Of a stretch of DNA of 64,000 bases, positions 13,224 to 25,729 are shown in pieces; the stretch's first letter is position 1, and each line of letters starts with the position of its first letter. The notes beneath the pieces were generated by a model. That model searched no databases. It was not told the origin of the DNA and saw only the letters and a list, made by a program, of their open reading frames with translations. This stretch comes from Oculina patagonica (Eukaryota), in contig NC_135759.1 in NCBI RefSeq assembly GCF_052425735.1, forward strand, positions 3,162,001-3,226,000. Direction: 5' to 3'. Both the position numbers and the translations under genes were made by a program.

Positions 13224-16200
13224 AAGAATATGAGGTCTTGGGAATGTCATTAGAGCAAGGGAAAGACAGCAAAAAAGCGGCTCCGATGGAAGGCTGCAGT
13301 GGAAGTCCTATGCTTCAGCCGAAGCGAAGAGGATTGAGTCAGCAAGTAAGTCAGGTTTAGATGGAAGCAGCGCAAATTTTAAATCAGATATAAAGTTCCC
13401 ATAATTTCTGCAAAGATGTCAAAGATGGCTTTCAGATATTTGAAATTCTCGTTACAGTTCGTAAAATCAAGAAATTTGGAGCGAGATTCTTGATGTCCAA
13501 AGAATGCTCGGATCTATTATACAAACTTTCTTCTTTAGGTTCAGTTCAGATTCATGATCAAAAGTAACGAAAATTCTGATTTGATCCTTAAAAATTGAAA
13601 ACATAATAGATCCCAAATTTAATTCTTACGAATAAGTTGGGGCGTTAATCGTCCTTGATTAGTAAAACCTGTTATTAAAACGCTAGCTTCAGTGGATGAA
13701 AAACGATTTTTCGAACCTGTGTAATTAATCGAGTTTGATCTTTCCCAATCAAAGCCATTTAATTTCCCTGTAGCTGATAATTTACATTTGTTAACCATAG
13801 TGTTTGTAGAATATCCTTTAATCCTTATTTCATTTCGTAAGCTGAAAAATAGCGAGCGCATTTAATCTTTTATGCCGTCTTTAAGTTTCGCATCTTAGCG
13901 GGATTTTTAAGTTAATTTTTGAAAAGGTTTCATGTTATCTCTCCGCTAAAACGTCAAACATGATTTTTTTAAGTAAATACACAGATAACTACAAAAAAAA
14001 ATACATTAAATACTAAAAAATGGTCTGCTAATTCCAAAAAAAAATGATTTAGCTTTCGATCGATAAGTCGAATGGACGACAATATAAAAATACAATTAAC
14101 TTTGAAGTTGCAGCAACTCAGATAGGCCAAAATTAAACAAATTAAAAAGATTTGGCAAAATGATAATTTAACGGATCTTCTGTTATAAAAATTCACCAAA
14201 CCGGCTGGCTTATTTTGTTTCTTTTTACTTGCTTCTGAGCGCTTTTTATCTTTTTTCAAATTTGATTCTGATGCATTAGGTCAGTTGAAGAACTCTGCAT
14301 TTTCCGCCCACAGAAATATTTCATTTGAGTCCGTGTTTTCGACGTCAGAAATCTAATTTTAACTTTATTTTTCAAGTGTTTTTTTTTTATATCGAATTGG
14401 CTGTGGGGAAATATATATTCTAAACATAACCCCAAGATTGTCAACATTCATGACATCAGTAAATCAAAAAGTAAATAAATGTCAATTAATTTTCTTCCTG
14501 AAAAATGAAACAATATGGTTTTTAGTAGCTGCATACACAAAGCTGTCTTTTCATGGGTGTTTCTTTTGTCTTAACCCGTATTTGCAAACACACAACTTCA
14601 CAAGTTCCATTAAATTATAATCTCCAAAATCCTTTGTAATCCCACCTTTTTTCGCCCTATGTGTTTTATCGATCTCGCAGTGTTTTGTCGCATCCGATGA
14701 TTTCTTTGGAGGATATTTTGATAGCTTGAGGTTCTATGCACGCTAGTGTCTCATCTTATGAATCGCCGGAGCTAAATGGCACCTTTTGGCACCAACAAAA
14801 AGCACCTTTTGTGTACATAACCAACCAATTATTCTCTCTCAATCCATAAAATACGCGTACCGCTTTTCAAATTTGCCAGAAGGGCGGTGTTGTTCAACGC
14901 ACTAAGCTTACTTGCTGTGTCGTGCGCTGCGTCAGTGTTTTCGCCAGTAGGACGAACATTCTGAACAGAGCAACTTCGAAAAGCCGATTTTGTGAAATTG
15001 AAGGTAGTGTATAGCACTTGATAATTCTTGTCTTACAATTTCCATTTCATTCTCTTACAGTAAAATTGCCACGTACACGCTTAAATTTTTGATCACAAAA
15101 ACAAATATCAAAATTAATACAATCGTATTGATATTTACTAGCGTTTTTTGACTATATGCTTTCGAGTTTTTTTTTTTTTTCAAGAAGGAATTTAGCTTTG
15201 AGTAATTTTCTTTGTTTCCGAATATATGATCACGAAAAAAGAATAACAGCATTTTTAGATTGAAACGAAATTACTTGACGTTGCCATATTAAGATTCGGA
15301 TGCGCATCCATGATCTAATTTCACTGAACGTCTAGCAATCTTTTAATGGCATTTTGCGGACCATTTTTCCTTATTTTCCGATTATACATTGCGATCATAA
15401 AGAAGGACATTGTAAGATTGAAACGAAATCGTTTGACGTTTTCATATTTAGATTCGGATGCGCATTCATGATGTAGTCATACAAAAACCTACATTCGCTC
15501 GTCCAATTTCACTAAGTCGGCAGTTTTTTAATATGAAATTTAGATGATGAAAAAATTTCCTTTGTGATGCTGCGTTCCGTGTCTCGGGCCGGAGTTTTTT
15601 TGTTGGCGGTGGGGAGAAAATTTGCGGAAAGCCGCAAATATTTATTTAAAAACACAACCTTTTACCTTTGACGCAAGGTTAATTTTGTATAATACTGATC
15701 GATCAGTTTTGACGTAATGTTATTAACATTTATACATTTATAGTAATTCTAATTACGTGTCAAAAACAAATTTAATAACATTCTTATTTTTTTAGCAACT
15801 GATCTTTGGATAAAATTTACGCCTTTTCATTTTTCTTGTTTTAATTAAGCGAGCCGGCTACTTTTCGATGAGATTGCAAAACGGAAGCGGGGGATTCAGC
15901 TAAATTACTTTTTCATATAAAGGAAAGAACTGGGACCCGTCTGAAAGTTCAATTCGTCGTTAAATTCACGAAACGTAAACTAATTTATTATCAAGTAAAT
16001 AAAAAAGCTTTTAAAACGCTGAGATAACAATGCACCAAACACCGCACCAAATTAAAAGCTCAGTTTAAACTGAATTCAGCCATAAAATCATTTCTACAGA
16101 TAAACAGGATAAGTTCGTAGGACCCATTGGAATACAATATAGAGGACGCTAAAATAGACTAAAATACGTAGTAAACTAAACGAAAATACGTTGTTGCGAA

Positions 16201-18221
16201 AAAAGAAAACATTTCACCTGCTTTTAACTGCCTAACTGAACTGAAATAACCGTATAAAGAAGGCTGGCATGTATAAAATCTTTGTATAAGAGCAAAAGAT
16301 GCTTAAAATACAGCAATTTGTCGAACATATATGGACGAACATTGACACTGAAACAACATGATAAAAAGATAATCACAGATAACTTTGATTCTAGCATAGA
16401 TGCATTTGATAATTTGTCACTTTCTCAAATTTGCAGGTAAAGCAACTGGAAAATATACTTTCTGAAAGTGATTCCAGATACAAAGTAAATTACTAATTAA
16501 ATTGTTTATACCCTCAACAGGAATTCAACCCATTGTTTACGCTCCTTGCCCGCAGATCTTGCAAGAAACGTGATAGCGATGGGCGAGTTTGAAACGCTTT
16601 ATAATGGTAAGTCTAATGTTAATGAAAAGAAAAACCTGACAGTAATATGTCCAAGAAACTATAAAATAAAAATAACAAAAAGGTAGCCATACAGGTCTAT
16701 TGCTAACCTGTGAATTTAATTTGCTACACCATCGTTGACTAGTCACCGTCCTGTGACTTTTAAGAGAAGTGTTTGTATGAATGTTTACTAGTTTATGATG
16801 AGGAAGAAATGGTCGTTTTAATAGCAAAAGCAAAGTCCAGATGTTTTCATTTGATTTCCGGCCGCCATATTTGTGTTCCTCCGCGGGACACAAAATTAAT
16901 TTGGTGTTTTCATACTGAACTCTATAAACTTGGTTGGAACATTTTGACGGATATCTCGAGTACAGAATATCGCACAGATGTGAGACAAGAAGATTATTTG
17001 TAATTCCTTTTTACCGTTTCAAATTCTTAACTTCTTTTATTCAATGGTTTTGATTTTACCTTTTCGTGGCGTAACAGCGAAAAGCAGAAATGCGATAATT
17101 CTTTGTTAAAGGGCTTCGATGATAAATGTTGGTTGATATTTAGTCATTACTAATTTTGTTAACTAAAGACATTTGACTCTTTTCTTTGTTTAACAAGGTT
17201 CTAATGGAAGTGCTGGAGACCACAGCGGCCTTTTACAAATTCGAATTCCCCTGAATCTTCAGATTGGAATGACGCTTGCCTACGTCATCATCTTCATCAT
17301 CTCGCTGATTGGAAACCTACTGTTGATTTACGTCACTTTCAAAACATCTTATCTGAGGACAACCACAAATCTCTTGGTGGCTAACATGGCAGTGGCCGAC
17401 TTGATGATAACGTTCTTCGCCATGCCTTACTGCGTCATGTACTTGTTTCTACAGAACATTTGGATATCTGGGATAATCGGCAATGTCACGTGCAAAATCA
17501 TGCAATATTTGCTGGCCTTGTCAATCGCTGCTTCGATTCTCACCCACGCCTTAATCGCAGTCGATCGCTTCTTTTGCATTGTGCTTCCTTTCAAACGCCG
17601 CACTTTTATTAAAAATTCGAAAATAAGCTATTCCTTCATTTGGTGCAGTTCTTTCGTTCTTATGAGCCCTTATCTGGTCGTGTACGGAAGCGTGCCGATT
17701 CCAGATGGAAACAGTTATTGCACAGTAAAGTACGAGTACATGTACACCCTGCAGATTTATTTTTGCCTCGTTTTAGTACTTCTCTACGTAATCCCTTTGC
17801 TGTTCATTGCAACGTTGTATACATTTGTTTGCCGAAGGCTTTGGAAGCACAAAAGGCCAGGCATTCGCTCAAGTACGTCAGTTCAAAGGAGGGAAGTCCA
17901 TAACAGGAAAACTGTCAAGATGCTAATCATACTCGTCATCGCGTTTGCACTGTGTTGGCTTCCTGCACACGTCATACATCTGATGACATACTTCTGGTAC
18001 GACGAGGTCCTGCCTCACGTGGTCATCCTTCTGTCATTCTGGGCTTGTCACTCACACAGCGCAATCAACCCGCTTCTGGTAGCGTTTCTTGGTGGATCGT
18101 ATCGAAAGGCATTTCGAGAAATATTTGCAAATCGCCTGCAAAAAAATGCCGTTCCGTTGCGCAAGAATACTAAAGAAACTATATCGTAAAACTGGTGCCA
18201 TTCTGAGATGATGACGATGAA

Positions 18222-18256
<35 letters not shown>

Positions 18257-18340
18257 CCATGATGACGAAGACAAGGATGATGAAGATAATGACGATGACG
18301 ATGGTACTGCTGCTGCTGATGATGATTATATTAATAATGA
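13224..18340 (+). repeat. Tandem duplication unit 2 (GPCR locus)
   Basis: Collinear with 7023-13223, ending in its own (GAT)n tract at ~18207-18340. Confidence 0.85.
16579..18189 (+). CDS. Class A GPCR, copy 2; exons 16579-16606 and 17198-18189
   Basis: Same MGEFETLYNG micro-exon with gtaagt donor and the same acceptor as copy 1; near-identical 7TM protein; C-terminus ends KETIS* because of a 2-bp indel. Confidence 0.92.
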
Positions 18341-18995
18341 TAAAACAACTATAGTTTATAAGTTTTGACAGTTAAAAGAAGGGATGATGAACGCGTGACC
18401 CTGCATAAAAAGGTCAATACTAAGTACAAAAAATAGATTTATTGACCATAATCATGAAAGCCCGAATAAAAATATGACTCTTTCCGCGCGCTCATCTCTT
18501 GATGGAGGTATCTGTCATTTGACCTTATTAACAATTCCATCTGGTGTTGTAGCTCTAAATAGATCCGTTGCACTTACGTGCACTTACGATCCTTAAACTG
18601 CCGAGTGAATTGCTGTATTTAGGTCACACTGCCTCTTGGAACAAGGGAAAAATATCAGCATTCAGAACAGTAGCCAGTAGTTAATGACAATGCCTCATTT
18701 CCTATAAATCAATAGTTGAAGTGTTTTAAACGAACAAATAAAACAAGAGATTCCAGTGAGATACAGGCTTACTCTGTTTGTTAATATTTAACAAACAATC
18801 GAAAACTTTGAATATTTCAGCAGCTTTCGAAAACAGCATTTGTCAATTTGGTTCTATCAGTTTTTCTTACCAACTTAGTTTAAAACAAAGAAAACTACAA
18901 ATGTTTAAGTGTAAAGGATTTCACTATATCCTTTATTGAGCTCTACGTTCAGTTAGCAACTACACAAATAACCTCTCGAGAGTGCTATATCATGA

Positions 18996-20670
18996 TTAAT
19001 AGTATTTGATGAAAACATCAACGCAGACTCGGCCCTGATTATCATGGTCGTTCTTGTTCTTTAGATCTTCACCGCACCAGATTCGCAGCTCGCGATGTTT
19101 CTCCAGGTAAAAAGGAACGCCCAAGTTAGAAAACACAAGCTCATTTGAATAGGACTCGTCCACTCCAGGCATCGCATACCACAGCGTGTTCCAGTCCTTG
19201 ATGTACTCGCTCCTCGGGTAGATAATCTGGTTTTTCTGGTCTGTGATGATGATGTTCAGGGGGATCTTGCTGCCGGAGTGACATCCCCAGCGGCTGTTGT
19301 AGGCTTTGTTTTGCGTGCATCTGAAATCAGAGGACAGTCAATATATGCGCGTTTACTTCGTTATGTTGGAAGTAGTCACTGTTTATTAAAGAAGGTCTGG
19401 ATAAGGGGTCGGTCATTCTTTGTCGACTAAACGGAGAAATTCTTGAGGATGATTTGGTGGTGTACACGAACTCAGGGTCCTCACTAGGAGGGGGAGAGAC
19501 AAAAATATGTTATTATTTTCATGCTTAAAGGGGCTTTGCCACGGGTTTTACCAGATTTTTGAACAGTCAATATTTGTATTTGTGTCGCTGGAAACCTAAA
19601 ATAATGGTCCAGTTTTATTATTTTTATTGCCATATAAAAGCACTGATACTGTTAATAAGCGTCTTTGGCTGCGGATTTCTATCCGGAAATGAAGGTTGTA
19701 TCTTCCTAAAGATGATCAAAGGTAGTGTTTTTTATGGGTTAAGTTGCCTACCGCTAACTCCAGCACAATTAAGACTAAAAATCTGCAACATCCCCGTGAC
19801 GTAGCGGGCCGCCTTTAAGGCGGTGTTGTTCAGATATTATTAGCTGGTTTCAATCAAATAACGACTAGTATTTAAAGAGAAATGACCACAATGATTTCAA
19901 CTTTATACACCTTGCTGTTTGAAAATGTGTGCAATTAATCTCGCCTGTTTTTGGAACCTAAGTTAAAGATGAATTTCCACTATCGCGGTTTTTTACGTAC
20001 AATAAGTTAAGGAGCGTGAATTTTCCTGACTTTACGTGCGTAAAATAAACCGAGAAAATCTATGGAATTAAACTTTTTCGGCAAACACAAGCCGTTCATA
20101 AGTTTTCTCAATGTTAGGCCTACTCTGGGACCCAAAGTCGCCGTAACTTTGGGCGACTTAAGGCGATTTTAGGCGATTTTAACTTATTTTGTCCAAAATT
20201 ACGGGCGATTTAGGGCGATTTAAGGCGATTTTGAGCGACTTTAGGCAATTATAGGTGACCTTTTAGGCAATTTTAGGTGACCGACCTAAGTACAGTTGTA
20301 GTATACATGTACATGGGAATCATCATGGTACACCATAAAGCATTGTTACCAAAAATATCTATACTTAAAGCGACTTTGGGCGATTTTGGGCGATTTTGGG
20401 TCCCAGAGTAGGCCTAATGTTATTACACGTAAAGGCATTAAAATTCGCGCGACAGTGGAAATCCCGCCTTATCCCTTACACTCTCTGGTCTTCTAACGCA
20501 TGGAATAACAGTCTCAACCTACCTGATCGCTCCTTCTTTGTACATCAATTTCATGGCCGCCACTAAGCGGGGCTCGGAGAGGAAGTTAGGTATGGCTCCA
20601 TAACGGTCACCAGCACACTCAAAACACACTTGCCTCAGGTTCAACTGAGACCATTCGAACGTCTTGTTAC
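18996..20670 (-). CDS. Uncharacterised Cys/Trp domain protein, paralog B (exons 20670-20523 and 19320-18996; 5' exon unresolved)
   Basis: GT-AG exons of 148 and 325 nt join in frame: NKTFEWSQLNLRQVCFECAGDRYGAIPNFLSEPRLVAAMKLMYKEGAIR|CTQNKAYNSRWGCHSGSKIPLNIIITDQKNQIIYPRSEYIKDWNTLWYAMPGVDESYSNELVFSNLGVPFYLEKHRELRIWCGEDLKNKNDHDNQGRVCVDVFIKYY*. The last exon is missing from the ORF track. Confidence 0.85.
19963..20470. mobile_element. MITE containing a nested second MITE (20117-20414), within the intron of paralog B
   Basis: Outer ends ...atttccactatcgcg / cgcgacagtggaaatc (same family as 56737-56891); inner TIRs ggcctactctgggacccaaa / tttgggtcccagagtaggcc with internal aggcgatttt repeats. Confidence 0.7.
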
Positions 20671-23271
20671 CTTGACAACAATAAAATAGGTTATTAACTG
20701 GGCCATTTGCATGCAATGTGGCACAGTATTTTGTCTGTGGTGTGCATGTTTAACGTTAGGAGAAGCTTGAAAACACACCTAAATTTAAAAATCATTTGAA
20801 AACTAAGGACGTATTCTGCATTGCGATTGATCATTTTTAGTTGTTAATTTTTCGTTTTTTATTGAAATAAAACAGTTTATGTTTGATCAACTTTTTCAGC
20901 CGATCCGAAATTTTTTTGAAATGTTGTGAAAATTAAAACGATAGGTAAAGATCACAAACCATATTGGCGCGCATTACCAGACCGTTCCTAACTCGGCATG
21001 CATATAGGGCTTAAATACGAGTGACTATTCCGAGACGCAACCGAAAAATGTTGGGAAAATGTTCCATTGAGAATCAAACTGGTGTAGATAACACTGGCTG
21101 ATGTCAATAGATCACGATCTAAAAGACTTTGTCGAGGAACAAGGATGCAGGGCGCATCATCGCAAATGATAAACGTCAAGTTTAATTAATTCTTTAAGAA
21201 GGATATTTCTATGTTTACTAAGCCATCCATCAAATTTTGAAGTTCTATAAACGCAGGTTCTGTTCTTAAAGACACGTTCCCAAAAATTTACCGTTTTAGC
21301 TCAAGCCCAAAATATTCCCGGATACACTATCGTTTTCGTTTAATAGGTTCCGAAAATATGAGGATTCAAAGGCTTCAAAGTGCAGCGACCCATGATTTAC
21401 AATTGGAATTGGGTCGGCGTTTACGAACATCTTTATTCTATATTTCCTGCTTTATATTGCAGTTTTAGACAAAGCTAGAGAGCAGTACTCTTTTAGGTGC
21501 TCTGAAATAAATGATCTGTTGTCGAGTTTCGTAGCGACCCGGAATTAAACTTTCTTGTCCAACAGATATAAGTCATTACGTGGCAAAGGAACGTTGCTTT
21601 TGCAATTGAGAGATTTCGTCGATTGAGTACAGTATTAAGGTTCTACTTTTTGCTGCAAATATAGTTATTTTAGAATGGTAGTTGTCAGGAGCCCATTGTT
21701 GTATCAGTTCGTCAATTGACAGAGATTTTTTGCACAACAAAATCACATTTAATGCCGATTTGGAATCGATTAGGGTCAATACAATAGACAGCCACCCGCC
21801 CAAGTGGTCTTAAATGTTTGGAATTCAGTTGGTACTGATAACTCTGCCTTAAATGCATGCACCTGAGTTAAATTATTTAAAGGATATGTCGGATTGATTT
21901 AAAGTTAAAATGCGTTTCTTTATGTTCTTTTGTAATATGTTTTCCGTCAATAGTTTTATAATTGCGCGAAAAAAAATTGTGGAGTGCTGTTTTGCGTGTG
22001 GAACAATAAATGCTGAGATGTGCGCCTAACAGTCTTGATTACTCGAAAACTATATAACTAAATACTCACTAAGTTGGTGTGTAAAAGTCGGAACTATCAC
22101 TCCAAGCAGAACCAAAGGTAAAAGCATGTTTCTTTCTGATCAATTTGGTCTGTTAGTGTGCGGAGCCTGTTTCGCCGAATAGAGCAGAATGGACAGCTGA
22201 ATCGTTCTTAAAGAAAATGTTTAATTTACTTTTATTGGCGATTTTAATTAAAAGAAAGGAAATATTTTCATACCACTCAAGGTCACAATATATGATGCTA
22301 ACTCTTAAGGGAAAAAAAAATCGATTTTACCCAAAAATGTTTGAAAATATATTATGTTATCCCAATGCAAGCAACGATTTTTTAAATTGGAATTACAGAA
22401 TAATTTTCATTCACATGATCCGTTTTTCTTGTTGGATTGATTGGGTCATTTTGTTTTTCAAAGAAACAAATCTTCCGATGAAATTAGAAAGCAGATAAAA
22501 TCTTAAAGAGGCTACGATTTTTTAGTATAAAATTGTGTGATTTTTAAATTAAGGTTTCGTTTAAACCTGGTATGGCCTATCAAGCAATTGTGCCTTTTAG
22601 AAAAGTTAATTGCAAATGTTAATTAAGCTGGGTAAATATTTTCATGGTTTGTTTAAAACCTAAATAAAATTAAATGAGCCTAATGCATTTTATTATTAAA
22701 TAGATTTAGCCAAGCCTAAAAGCGGAGCTCCCCGGTTATTTACCTCGCCCTTTTTGTAAACGTTAACAGAAAGCCATGAGCCTGCGATCCAATGTAACCC
22801 ATTACTTGGTCAGCGGTAAACGTCAAAAAAACAATCGACCTCGATGAGTTCTATATGTGAGCCCGCGATATGGACATGTGACACTGGTCAGCGGCTACCT
22901 TGTCTTGACAGCTGTCAGTTGACCATGACATGGATGTCTAATATCAAAGATGTAAGCTGACGTTAACCATAACCTAAAAGCTATTTCTGGAGTATGGCCG
23001 CCAGATGGCCGCCATGTTGGGGCGACGTCGTCGTCGCTAGGGCGCACGCGCCCGCGGACCATGCCGCTAACCATGATGACCATGAAAATCAAAAGCATGG
23101 GTCTGTTAATTTTCTATGGGTATGGGGCTTTGCTCTGCGGCCCTTCGGGCCGCTGGGAACTCCGCTATAATCCTCAACCCTTTTGGGAACCCTTTCCCAT
23201 TTTGTAATTAAAAGTTACTGCTGCCTACGAGGACACATTGTTGCGGACACATTGTGCTCGTGATGCTTCTT

Positions 23272-25310
23272 GGTGGTTACTTCGATCTTCTTTTTTTCCT
23301 GGCACGCTGCCACAACTCCTCGTTTGAGAGCTTCCTTGGCCACCACACTCCCAAGTTGTACCGCAGGCTGCGGTTAGTAAAGGTCTGGAGTTGGGTGATG
23401 ATCTTCTGTGTCAGTCTCCAAGTCTCTGAGGACAGACTTCTCGTTGGAATTAAAGATCCTAATCTTTGTCCCCAGTGAAATGAACTTTGAACTCCATATT
23501 GTTCTTAAAATGGAGAATGCACAGAGCCGTAACTAACAAGAGGCAAGACGAGGCACTTGCCGCGTCCAAAGTTTTACCCAAAATTAAACACAAAATATCT
23601 TTAGTTGGGAAAATAATCCCACGTTGAAAAAGATTGATTTTTCACAAGAAATACCTCATAAAAATGTCTATAAAAGAGTTTCATAGCTTTTAGATTTCAA
23701 AACTTTCTGGAGGGCATGCATATGCCCCCAGAACCCACTAGCAAGACTTTGCCTCGTCCATGGCAAAGCTTTGGTTACGGCCCTGATGCAAACTGTGCCT
23801 TCCTTCATCTAGCCTCAACATCTTACTCAGTGCCACCAGTGGTGGTTATAAGGCTACCGAGATATGTGAAGACCTTTACCCGCTCTAGGACCTCTCCTAC
23901 ACAACTGATGTCACCAACGTTTGCTGGCGACCGAATCCTCATCTCCTTGGTTTTGGATGAATTTATTGTGAGCCCGACCCTGACGGCCTGTTCTAGCAGT
24001 GCCTCGAACCTCTGTCGCATGTCGGTGATCTTCTGACTCAGCAAAACCATATAATCAGCAAAGTCTGTCATCCAACTTCTGCAGCAGAGTAAATTGGATC
24101 GATCCGGGTCTTGTTGTCTCCAAACGCTTGTCTAGATACCCAGTTTAGTGCCACAAGGAAGGCTCTGTCATATCACCTTTATGCAATACTCTTGCTTGGA
24201 AGTGTCGCAAAAGACCCGCTTCATCTTCACAATTTTCTCAGGGACCCCATAGTGCCGCAAGATCTTTCAGAGCACTTCTCGATCTGCAGAGTCAAAGGCC
24301 TTCTTGAAGACAACAAAACCACATATAGCCCAGCTTTCCATTTTAGGGTCTGCTCCACTATGATCCTCAGTGTAGCTATCTGGTGGCATCAAGATCTCTC
24401 CTAACGAAATCCTGCTTGTTCGTCCTGGAGTCTGCCCTCAAAGGCATCCTTCATCCTCTGTAAAATGATAATTTATTACAAAGAACCTTGCTGGCAACTA
24501 TCAGGAGCATAATGCCTCTCCAGTTCTTAATTACACAGGTACAAATCTCCCTTCTTGGGAAGTTTAACCAGTAGGCCCACCTTCCAGTCCTGAGGGATGT
24601 CCTCCTCACTCCAGATCGTATTCAGAAGGGACAGAAGGACCTTGGCCGAAGCCATTTCTCCTTCTTTCCAGGCTTCTAGAGGATGTTGGCACACCCAGGA
24701 GCCTTCCCATTATTCAGGCATCTAACGGTAGACCTACTGTTACATCCGTTGGGTTTGCTGGGGCCGTCCTGTTCAGGATTTCATGGAGGTGTTCTTTTCA
24801 TCGTTTAGCTGGTCGTCTGTTCTGGTCAAGATCACCTAATTTTTTTGTCCTTAACCGGTCTTTCGCTTTGCTGAGCAGTCTTGTGATATCACACACTCTC
24901 TTCATATCTCATTGTTCTGCTGCTTCCTTTGCCTTTCGTGCAATTTCGTCGATTCTATTCTCCTCCTCTTGTCTCTCTCCTGCAGCTTCTCTTCATTTTA
25001 CGGTTCTTCTCATTATTCATGTTTGCCGCAGCCAACTTATGCTTTCTAGTGTTGTCGGTTTCCAGCTTTGCTTTTAGCGCACGTCTCTCTTTGACAAGTT
25101 TCCAGGTGTCCTTACTCATCCACGTCTTCCTCTCGCTTTTGGCCCTTCTAAGGACTTCCTCGCAAGTGGATGAGTACATTTCCTTGATCCTTCTCCTTTC
25201 TTGCTCGAAATCAAATTTGGTCTCCTCTTCTTCCCCTGATTCACCGTTCGGAGCTGAGCGTCATATCTGTTGGTCAGTGCAATGACGGAACTCCTCCCTC
25301 ACCTCCCTTT
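23272..25310 (-). mobile_element. Degenerate RTE-clade non-LTR retrotransposon (RT region), interrupted by a ~270 bp insertion at ~23520-23785
   Basis: Minus-strand peptides KTWMSKDTWKLVKERRALKAKL, DFADY (degenerate YADD), GLTINSSKTKEMRI, VERVKVFTYLGSLI-like and WWPRKLSNEELW, with stops and frameshifts. Confidence 0.85.
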
Positions 25311-25398
25311 TAAACCTGTTTGTTGCGAAAATTAGATACGTTCAACACAAATTCAATGGCACGTTTTTTGCCTTTCTGACATAGCTCGTCGAGTTTAA

Positions 25399-25729
25399 AG
25401 CTGATTTCCAGTCCGTACTGCGCAGACTCGGGGTTTGTTTTCGTTTTTGTTTTGAATTCGTTGAAACGTTACACTTCGTTGACAGCATACATGAAGTTTT
25501 TTAGTCCGCCATTACAGTTCGCTTCGTTCAAGAATTTCCGATGAGCTGAAACGCCGGTTTGAAATAGCGTCAAGGTTCTTCTACTTGTTATTATTTGTTC
25601 TGCAAGGATATCTGGCGTTAATAATGAAGAAACAGGTAAGTTTGTCACGTAATTTTTAGTTCTGCTTTGTTTGTGAGGCTCACATAAACATTGCAGCCGA
25701 GATTGCGCAGTACGGACTGTAATTCATCT
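25399..25729. mobile_element. TTAA-flanked MITE (Kolobok- or piggyBac-type target site), specific to unit A
   Basis: ttaa|agctgatttccagtccgtactgcgca ... tgcgcagtacggactgtaattcatct|ttaa; the empty site gagtttaagcttcatg is present in unit B (~30346). Confidence 0.8.

Noticed and set aside
12879-13250. Poly-Ile and poly-Met ORFs (also 13033..13233 and 18048..18260)
   Set aside because: Translations of the (GAT)n microsatellites.
20150-20400. Short repeated aggcgatttt units resembling an array
   Set aside because: Internal subrepeats of a MITE with no unique spacers; eukaryotic context, not CRISPR.
20960-21070. Candidate first exon for paralog B (MEHFPNIFRLRLGIVTRI*)
   Set aside because: In-frame stop, and no good donor with an open phase-1 frame; cannot be supported without transcripts.
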